32,000 bases of DNA from Candidatus Methanoperedens sp. (lineage in GTDB: Archaea > Halobacteriota > Methanosarcinia > Methanosarcinales > Methanoperedenaceae). Under the pieces are notes generated by a model, which was not told the origin of the DNA, did no database searches, and worked only from the letters and a program-made list of their open reading frames with translations. Of this stretch, positions 25,806 through 32,000 are shown one piece after another (positions within the stretch are counted from its first letter, which is position 1; each line of letters starts with the position of its first letter). The DNA is taken from positions 60,001 to 92,000 of the forward strand of contig JBGQBI010000006.1 of assembly GCA_041494705.1 (NCBI GenBank), written 5' to 3'. The position numbers were made by a program, and so were the translations under genes.

Positions 25806-26420
25806 TTAAAATCCAAGCTTCTCGTTCACGAAAATAAGAGTTATTTTCCTGTTCTCGTTAATTTCCCTTTCAAAGAGTAAAATTTTCCCGACGGTAGTGC
25901 CGGCGTACCCGACACTTTTCATTCTTTTGTCTTCCAGGGGAACACAATATTCATAGAGGCGCTTCCACCCATCTTCGAGGGTCGGCACGATCTTTTGTGT
26001 ACCGACAACCCAGATAACATTATCCGAAGAAAATGAATTGGATGGGAACGCGCTACCGGTAGCATTGGCGATTAGTATTTCGCCATTCTCTACAACAGCA
26101 TGCACACTGCCGAGGAAGTATTCTGATAATACACTTTTTTTGCGAAGCTCCATCTGTTTTGCTGTGTCCTTTTCTGCCAGGATTTCATCTTTAAGATTTT
26201 TCCACGGATGTTTCCCCGACTTGAGCATACCAGTAAAACCTACCTGGTCAAGGGTTGTTGAACCCCCTGTCATGACCTCTTTTCCGGCGGGGATTAATTT
26301 ATTTATTCTCTTGAGAGCATCTTCTTTCGTATTTACAAATTCAGCATTAATACCGCGTGGTTTCAGGGCTTTCATTGTTTTTTCAACAATTTCTTTTGAT
26401 GCTAATGTATCGAATTTCAT
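25806..26420 (-). CDS. LUD-domain (lactate-utilisation LutC-like, DUF162) protein
   Basis: 204 aa. The overall pattern resembles archaeal LUD-domain proteins: N-terminal ...TMKALKPRGINAEFVNTKEDALKRINKLIP, GGSTTL, GSVHAVVENGEI. Confidence 0.7.
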   Translation of the reverse strand: MKFDTLASKEIVEKTMKALKPRGINAEFVNTKEDALKRINKLIPAGKEVMTGGSTTLDQVGFTGMLKSGKHPWKNLKDEILAEKDTAKQMELRKKSVLSEYFLGSVHAVVENGEILIANATGSAFPSNSFSSDNVIWVVGTQKIVPTLEDGWKRLYEYCVPLEDKRMKSVGYAGTTVGKILLFEREINENRKITLIFVNEKLGF

Positions 26421-26573
26421 AATCTAATCTCCCGAATAAATAAGGGATTTACCGTATATAAGCATATGGCAAAGGGCATGAATAATCATAGTAATATAAT
26501 CCGGCATAATTCAAAAACCTTATAAGTCTGTTTTGCCTACTAACTCTACTATAAACACTGGTGGTGAATTATT

Positions 26574-27524
26574 TTGGTAAGTGTTAACGAAAAAGCGATG
26601 GAAATTGCAGAAGATATGATGGATTGGTCGGATGAGTTAAAAGTAAAAGCTCTTGAACTCAAAAACGGCGGCAAGGTAATAGATTGCGGGATAAACGTTG
26701 ACGGAGGATATGAAGCGGGTCTTTTATTTACAGAGATCTGCATGGGTGGATTTGGCGCATGTTCTATATCGGTGCACAAGGTAAATGAAATACCGCTTGC
26801 ATTCATAGATGTTACTACCGACCATCCTGCGATTTCATGTCTTGGCGCCCAGAAAGCCGGATGGAGGATAAGCGTGGACAAGTACTTCGCCATGGGGTCT
26901 GGTCCGGCAAGAGCGCTTGCTCTTAAACCCAAGAAAACCTATGAGCGAATTAAATATGAAGATGATTACGATCATGCTATAATTGCTCTTGAATCGAATC
27001 AGTTGCCAGATGAAAAGGTAATCGGGGTTATTGCGGAGGCATGCCACGTAGAACCTGAAAACGTGATAGCTCTTGTTGCCCCAACAGCGAGCATCGTGGG
27101 CTCTGTGCAGGTTTCAGGACGTGTGGTTGAGACTGCGATATTCAAGCTTAACGAACTGGGATATGATACAACCAAAATAGTCAGCGGCACAGGGAGCGCC
27201 CCGATTGCGCCGGTGGTCAAGGATGACCTGAAAGCAATGGGCAGCACCAATGACAGCGTGATTTACTATGGCTCAGTTTTTCTGACAATCAGGGGATTTG
27301 AAGAGGATAAATTTAAACAGGTTCCGTCCAGCACATCCAAAGATTACGGCAAACCGTTCTACAAGACATTCAAGGATGCAGGCTATGACTTCTTCAAGAT
27401 TGATGCAAATGTGTTTGCGCCTGCGGAGATTACGGTTAACGACCTTGAGACAGGGAAGACATATCATACGGGGCATCTGAACGGCGAGGTTATCCTGGAG
27501 TCTTACGGGATAAGCGGGATTTAG
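26574..27524 (+). CDS. mch: methenyltetrahydromethanopterin cyclohydrolase
   Basis: [14 protein letters not shown]...[15 protein letters not shown]...GSGPARA is a strong match to Mch. Apparent TTG start at 26574. Confidence 0.92.
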   Translation: MVSVNEKAMEIAEDMMDWSDELKVKALELKNGGKVIDCGINVDGGYEAGLLFTEICMGGFGACSISVHKVNEIPLAFIDVTTDHPAISCLGAQKAGWRISVDKYFAMGSGPARALALKPKKTYERIKYEDDYDHAIIALESNQLPDEKVIGVIAEACHVEPENVIALVAPTASIVGSVQVSGRVVETAIFKLNELGYDTTKIVSGTGSAPIAPVVKDDLKAMGSTNDSVIYYGSVFLTIRGFEEDKFKQVPSSTSKDYGKPFYKTFKDAGYDFFKIDANVFAPAEITVNDLETGKTYHTGHLNGEVILESYGISGI

Positions 27525-27562
27525 TTAAAAGGTAAGAAATCCAGGATGCTGCTCTGCGGCGG

Positions 27563-27590
27563 GATGCGCCGTCGGCGCATCATTTTCCAA
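27563..27590. terminator. palindrome plus T-tract between convergent mch and deoA
   Basis: GATGCGCCG-T-CGGCGCATC (27563-27581) followed by ATTTTCC. Confidence 0.3.
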
Positions 27591-27685
27591 ATCTGTTCGG
27601 TTAAGCCGGCAATCCAAGCGCCGCCCTTTAAAATCTTCCTATAACTAATTGTCATTCCACACGTTCTATAGAAAAAAAAGGTCTA

Positions 27686-29203
27686 TTAAATAACCTTGAA
27701 CGTCTGTACCCGCTCAAGAAGCATGCCTTCGACTATCAGGGGGTAGTCTTTTTCAGCGCTTTTTAAAGCATTGGTAAGCTTCCAGTCCTTATCTGCAAAA
27801 ATAGTGATAAGCGGCTCACCTTTCTTGACAAGCTCACCCTTTTTCCTGTGAATCCAGACACCTGCTCCTTTATCGATTGGAGCCCCTGCAATCCTTGCAA
27901 TCTCAACTATTCGCTTGTTATCGAATTCAATAACATACCCATCAGCAGGGGAAGCAAGCTCTGCCTTGTGTTCTCCGGGTTTGATATCGGTATGAACAAT
28001 TTTCGGATTTCCACCCTGTGCTTCAATGATTTCCTTGAGCTTATTATGGGCTTTCCCGGAACGCAGCGTTTCCATTGCAAGCTCCTTGCCACGTCCTTTT
28101 ACAGCGGCTCCTCCCATCTCAAGCAAAATTCCAGCCAGTGCCGTGCTCTTTTCAATAAGGCTGTTCGGCCCCTGCATTGTTTCAAGTACCTTAAGCGCTT
28201 CCCGTACTTCAAGAGCAGGCCCGATGGTTCTTCCTACAGGCGATGCCCCGTACGTCATGGCGCATTCCACATTCATCCCGAGCCGCTCACCCAGTTCGAT
28301 TAGTTCCCTGGCAAGTTTTTTCCCATCTTCCATAGTCGGGACTTTCGTCCCGCTTCCTACCGGGATATCAATAACAACACAATCTGCGCCGACAGCACCT
28401 TTTTTTGCCATGATGGATGCCAGGAGCTGGTTATGCGGGTCTATACTTAGCGGATATTCCGATTGTATCAGCTTATCATCGGCAGGGGCGATATTGGTGG
28501 CACCACCCCATGCTATTACGCCGCCAACTCTCTCGGTAATGGATTTTATCTCTTCTGCAGAGAATTCCACAGGCGCAAGCACCTCCATCAAATCCGCAGT
28601 ACCTGCAGCGCCCGTTATCGCCCTCGAGCTTGTCTTGGGTATAAGAAGACCGTTTGCTGCAATTATAGGAACCACAAGCAGCGAGATTTTATTGCCGGGA
28701 ACGCCCCCGATGCTGTGCTTGTCCATTATCGGATGCGTCTGGAATTCGATTTTTTCACCGGTATCTATCATTGCCCTTGTCAGCCATTCAATCTCATCCG
28801 TGCTCATCCCATGGATATAAGAAGTGGTAACGAATGCGGACATCTCGATTTCAGTAAGATTATCCTTTACGATGTCCTGGACTATCTGGTATATTTCTTC
28901 CTGCGTCAGCTTCTGTTTATCCATCATTTTCTTAATGAAACCGATGGAGGTCGGTCTTGAGGTCGGGATTATATTTACGGTAAGGGGACACACCGCCCCC
29001 AGCTTTTCACAGCATTCCTGGTACACTCCCACAGTGCCTTTTGGTATCATTTCGCCCGTTTCCACGATGGCTGTTAAGTAGCTGTGGTCTTTTAACTGGA
29101 CCCGGTCTCCGCCCCTGACACCCAGTTCTTTAGCGTCCTGGGTGTTAAGTACGACTTTATACTTGCCTGCTTTAATCTGTAATTGCTGGACTTTAAGTTC
29201 CAT
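27686..29203 (-). CDS. deoA: AMP phosphorylase (thymidine phosphorylase family, archaeal type)
   Basis: 505 aa. It has the extra N-terminal beta domain (MELKVQQLQIKAGKYKVVLN) characteristic of archaeal AMPpase, the glycosyl-transferase core HSIGGVPGNK, and TSSRAITGAAGTAD. Confidence 0.85.
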   Translation of the reverse strand: MELKVQQLQIKAGKYKVVLNTQDAKELGVRGGDRVQLKDHSYLTAIVETGEMIPKGTVGVYQECCEKLGAVCPLTVNIIPTSRPTSIGFIKKMMDKQKLTQEEIYQIVQDIVKDNLTEIEMSAFVTTSYIHGMSTDEIEWLTRAMIDTGEKIEFQTHPIMDKHSIGGVPGNKISLLVVPIIAANGLLIPKTSSRAITGAAGTADLMEVLAPVEFSAEEIKSITERVGGVIAWGGATNIAPADDKLIQSEYPLSIDPHNQLLASIMAKKGAVGADCVVIDIPVGSGTKVPTMEDGKKLARELIELGERLGMNVECAMTYGASPVGRTIGPALEVREALKVLETMQGPNSLIEKSTALAGILLEMGGAAVKGRGKELAMETLRSGKAHNKLKEIIEAQGGNPKIVHTDIKPGEHKAELASPADGYVIEFDNKRIVEIARIAGAPIDKGAGVWIHRKKGELVKKGEPLITIFADKDWKLTNALKSAEKDYPLIVEGMLLERVQTFKVI

Positions 29204-29408
29204 TTTATAGTACCCTCTTTATTATAACAAGTATTTAATTTAGCGTTAACAATACTTAGCATTATCGATTGCGTAAAATTTTCCAATATCTGGCACACAA
29301 GGATGACAAGATAAGCTTATGTAAGCATAAACAATTAACTACGTTCAAAGTTTGCTAGATAAAGAGGTAGAGAGATTTTGATGTTCGTTATGCTGCTGAG
29401 GCAATAGC

Positions 29409-30884
29409 ATGAGTAAGCTACAACCAATAGCCTTCATGAGTTATGCTCGATTTAACGATGAACATGACTATGGACGCCTTACCTTATTTCGCGAACGTCT
29501 GAGCGCCGAGATAGAGGTGCAGACGGGAGAAGAATTTCCGATATTCTATGACCGTAAAGATATTCTGTGGGGCCAGAATTGGAAGGAACGAATTGAGGAC
29601 TCTATTGATGAGGTCACTTTCCTAATCCCAATTCTTACTCCCAGTTTCTTTAAAAGCAGTCAATGCCGAGAGGAAGTTGAGCGTTTTATTGAACGTGAAA
29701 AGAAACTCGGACGCACTGACCTCATACTTCCAGTCTATTATGTCGGCTGCCCCATTCTCGACGATGAAGCACAACGTACGACTGATGAACTTGCTCAGGT
29801 AATTGCTGGCCGCCAGTATGCAGATTGGCGCGAGCTTAGATTTGAGCCCTTCACTTCTCCAGAAGTTGGCAAGACATTAGCAAAACTTGCAATTCAAATC
29901 CGTGATGCATTGGAGCGCACACGTCCACCTAAGAAACCGTCAAAGCCCTCTACAAGCAAGAGACGAGCGCACATGGGCATTCTGGCTACAGAATCCCTGC
30001 CAGTTACGCAAGAGATTGCATTAGGCGGAGAGGAGACCGGGATTGCAAGCCGTCCATCCGCAAAAACTCAACCTGCAATACTTGTTGTGGACCCCATGCA
30101 CCGCGGCGACTATCCAACCATTAACGAAGCTATCAAAGCAGCAAAACCGGGAACCAGAATTCTTGTCAAGCCGGGTTTATATGAGGAAGGGCTTGTCATC
30201 GACAAACCACTTGAGATCATAGGCGAAGGCGCCCCCGGTGAAGTTGTAGTACAGGCTCTCGGAAAGGACGCACTACTTTTTAAGACAACTATGGGGCGGG
30301 TGGTTAATCTGAACATGCAACAGTTGGGCGGTGGTGATTGGTATTGTATAGACATCGCTCAGGGGCGGCTGGAAGTGGAAGGATGCGACATCACAAGCCA
30401 GAGTCTTGCCTGTGTCGCTATTCATGGCGGTGCCGACCCACGCCTGCGCCGCAACCACATACACGAAGGCAAGCAAGGTGGCGTCTTCGTTTATGAAAAT
30501 GGCCAGGGGACGCTGGAGGACAATGACATTTTCGGCAATGCAACCGCTGGGGTGTCGATAATGAGGGGTGGAAATCCTACGCTGCGCCGCAACCGCATAC
30601 ACGAAGGCAAGCAAGGTGGCGTCTTCGTTTACGAAAATGGGCAGGGAACGCTGGAAGACAACGATATTTTTGGCAATGCATACACTGGGGTTGAAATCAA
30701 AACAGGCGGAAATACTATGCTGCGCCGCAACCGCATCAACAAGAACAGCCACGAAGCTGTACTGGTCTACGATGGAGGCGGCGGCACAATTGAGGACAAC
30801 GACCTTCGCGACAATGCTAAAGGTGCATGGAACGTATCAGTCGATAGCGAGCCAAAACTCAAACGCGCACGAAACATAGAATGA
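29409..30884 (+). CDS. TIR-domain protein fused to right-handed parallel beta-helix (PbH1/CASH-type) repeats
   Basis: N-terminal ~140 aa: IAFMSYARFND...FPIFYDRKDILWGQNW...FLIPILTPSFFKSSQCREEVERF (TIR-like beta-A, BB-loop region and SxxCxxE). Then a Pro/Lys-rich linker (RTRPPKKPSKPSTSKRR). Then reiterated ~23-aa units such as NRIHEGKQGGVFVYENGQGTLEDNDIFGNA. Confidence 0.8.
   Translation: MSKLQPIAFMSYARFNDEHDYGRLTLFRERLSAEIEVQTGEEFPIFYDRKDILWGQNWKERIEDSIDEVTFLIPILTPSFFKSSQCREEVERFIEREKKLGRTDLILPVYYVGCPILDDEAQRTTDELAQVIAGRQYADWRELRFEPFTSPEVGKTLAKLAIQIRDALERTRPPKKPSKPSTSKRRAHMGILATESLPVTQEIALGGEETGIASRPSAKTQPAILVVDPMHRGDYPTINEAIKAAKPGTRILVKPGLYEEGLVIDKPLEIIGEGAPGEVVVQALGKDALLFKTTMGRVVNLNMQQLGGGDWYCIDIAQGRLEVEGCDITSQSLACVAIHGGADPRLRRNHIHEGKQGGVFVYENGQGTLEDNDIFGNATAGVSIMRGGNPTLRRNRIHEGKQGGVFVYENGQGTLEDNDIFGNAYTGVEIKTGGNTMLRRNRINKNSHEAVLVYDGGGGTIEDNDLRDNAKGAWNVSVDSEPKLKRARNIE
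30444..30760 (+). repeat. 138-bp (46-aa) intragenic tandem repeat, about 2.3 copies, in the beta-helix domain
   Basis: CTGCGCCGCAACC starts at 30444, 30582 and 30720. The first ~102 nt of copies 1 and 2 differ at 8 positions, 7 of them synonymous. Confidence 0.85.
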
Positions 30885-30930
30885 TTCTAATGAACTATAC
30901 CTGTGTCCTTTCTTTTGGATATGCACTGCC

Positions 30931-32000
30931 TCAACTCCCCTCCACGCTGTAATAATACTCCCCTTCTGCCTTCTGCGTCCTGTCAAGCTGCGAACCCAGC
31001 TTATTCACCCTTGGTCTCTTGGTCTCCTCGTCCCGCCTGAATGTAATCCCAATCCCTTTAAGGAACCTGTTCATGCCCTGTCGCATGTCAAAAGGCCCGT
31101 GAACCTCGCCCCTCTTCATAGGCTCGCCCTCGAACACGAGAAGCCTGTCGCTAAGCATATCTATCATGTAAATATCATGGTCAACCACCATCGCCGTCAC
31201 TTTATTGTTCTCGGCAAAGCGCCTTATGACCTTCGTCGCAAGCACCCTCTGCTCAACATCAAGATGCGCCGATGGCTCATCCAGAAGATATAGGTCTGCC
31301 GTTCGCGAGAGGCAGGCTGCAATCGCAACCCTCTGGAGCTCCCCGCCGCTTAAATCGTCAAGCTTCTGCTTCATGAGTCTCTCAAGCTGAAGCGGTCGTA
31401 ATATCTCTGTCTGGTAATAACTTGTATCGACTTCCTTGCTTAAAGAGCGAAGATAATCAGAGACCGGAACCGGGTCCTCGGCTTTGATATACTGGGGTTT
31501 GTAAGACACCTTGATATTAATATCAATTTTTCCGCTCGTTGGTTCTATTTCGCCAGCCAGTATCTTTACGAAAGTAGATTTGCCAATCCCGTTCGGACCT
31601 ACAATCCCGGTGACTTCGCCTTTCCTTATCTCGCCGCCCTGCGCCATGAGTTCAAATCCCTCCTCATATTTTTTAGAGAATTGTTCAAACTTCAACAGGG
31701 AAGGCACATCCTTCGCTGCCTGCGGCGCATGAATGTCAAACTTAATGGCTTCGGTGCGAATCCTGACATTCTCCTCGCGCAGGAACCCTTTCAGGTATTC
31801 GTTAATTCCTATCCTGACCCCTTTCGGATGGGTAATAACGCCGAAACCGCCGGGCGTGCCGTATGCGATATGAACAACATCCGCAAGCAAATCCAGGATT
31901 GCAAGGTCATGTTCTACCACCATTACGGCTTTATTCTCAGCTAGTTCCCTGATAATCCGGGCGGCTTTTATCCTCTGGTAAATATCAAGATAAGGACTTA
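30931..32000 (-). CDS. ABCE1 / RNase L inhibitor-type ribosome-recycling ATPase (C-terminal part; continues past window end)
   Basis: Twin-ABC features: Walker A GPNGIGKST, signature LSGGELQRV, Walker B LYLLDEPSAHLD. The frame stays open upstream of the track start (SPYLDIYQRIKAARIIRELAENKAV-MVVEHD) to position 32000. Confidence 0.9.
   Translation of the reverse strand, partial: SPYLDIYQRIKAARIIRELAENKAVMVVEHDLAILDLLADVVHIAYGTPGGFGVITHPKGVRIGINEYLKGFLREENVRIRTEAIKFDIHAPQAAKDVPSLLKFEQFSKKYEEGFELMAQGGEIRKGEVTGIVGPNGIGKSTFVKILAGEIEPTSGKIDINIKVSYKPQYIKAEDPVPVSDYLRSLSKEVDTSYYQTEILRPLQLERLMKQKLDDLSGGELQRVAIAACLSRTADLYLLDEPSAHLDVEQRVLATKVIRRFAENNKVTAMVVDHDIYMIDMLSDRLLVFEGEPMKRGEVHGPFDMRQGMNRFLKGIGITFRRDEETKRPRVNKLGSQLDRTQKAEGEYYYSVEGS

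Noticed and set aside
26549-26932. A 127-aa minus-strand ORF overlapping the mch start.
   Set aside because: It is antisense to a very well-supported mch gene and no family is recognised.
1-32000. CRISPR arrays, cas genes, IS elements, transposases, integrases, or prophage structural genes.
   Set aside because: I saw no regularly spaced direct repeats, and none of the ORFs has transposase, integrase or capsid-like motifs. The tRNA-Arg has no adjacent integrase or direct-repeat att-like duplicate that I could see.

Overview
This is an archaeal chromosomal segment. The gene content points to a methanogen or methanotroph of the Methanosarcinales type: mch, chromatin protein MC1, Hel308, CobY/CobZ-type cobamide salvage, archaeal AlaRS, AMP phosphorylase and ABCE1. 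I support about 28 protein genes and one tRNA-Arg(CCG).

Most of the window is housekeeping: PAC2, nth, a RecJ-like DHH protein, a five-gene cobamide nucleotide-loop operon (cobD-cbiB-cobZ-cobS-cobY), MC1, a CPBP protease, a polyprenyl-phosphate carrier-lipid cluster, hel308, alaS, mch, deoA and ABCE1.

Three things look accessory or unusual:
1. An AT-rich islet (about 1.8-5.65 kb) carries a HepT/MNT toxin-antitoxin pair. It is divergently paired with a 937-956 aa helicase IV-like UvrD/Rep protein that has an N-terminal TM helix and a near-perfect 2 x 240-bp tandem duplication.
2. An orphan TIR-domain protein fused to a parallel beta-helix (PbH1/CASH) repeat domain sits between two convergent housekeeping genes (29.4-30.9 kb). 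This is my best candidate for an undescribed single-gene immune sensor/effector.
3. Several annotation-level oddities:
- A 52-aa 2x[4Fe-4S] ferredoxin missed by the ORF track, translationally coupled on both sides.
- A split catalytic / RxG-donor cis-prenyltransferase pair next to a DUF92 fusion.
- A CDS stop codon lying inside a tRNA.
- A TrkA-N/DHH gene whose Rossmann segment has no in-frame canonical start.
- A triple hairpin inside the cobamide operon.
- A ~25-nt intergenic element present twice in inverted orientation.

I saw no CRISPR array, transposase, integrase or reverse transcriptase. All family assignments come from motif recognition by eye; no searches were run.
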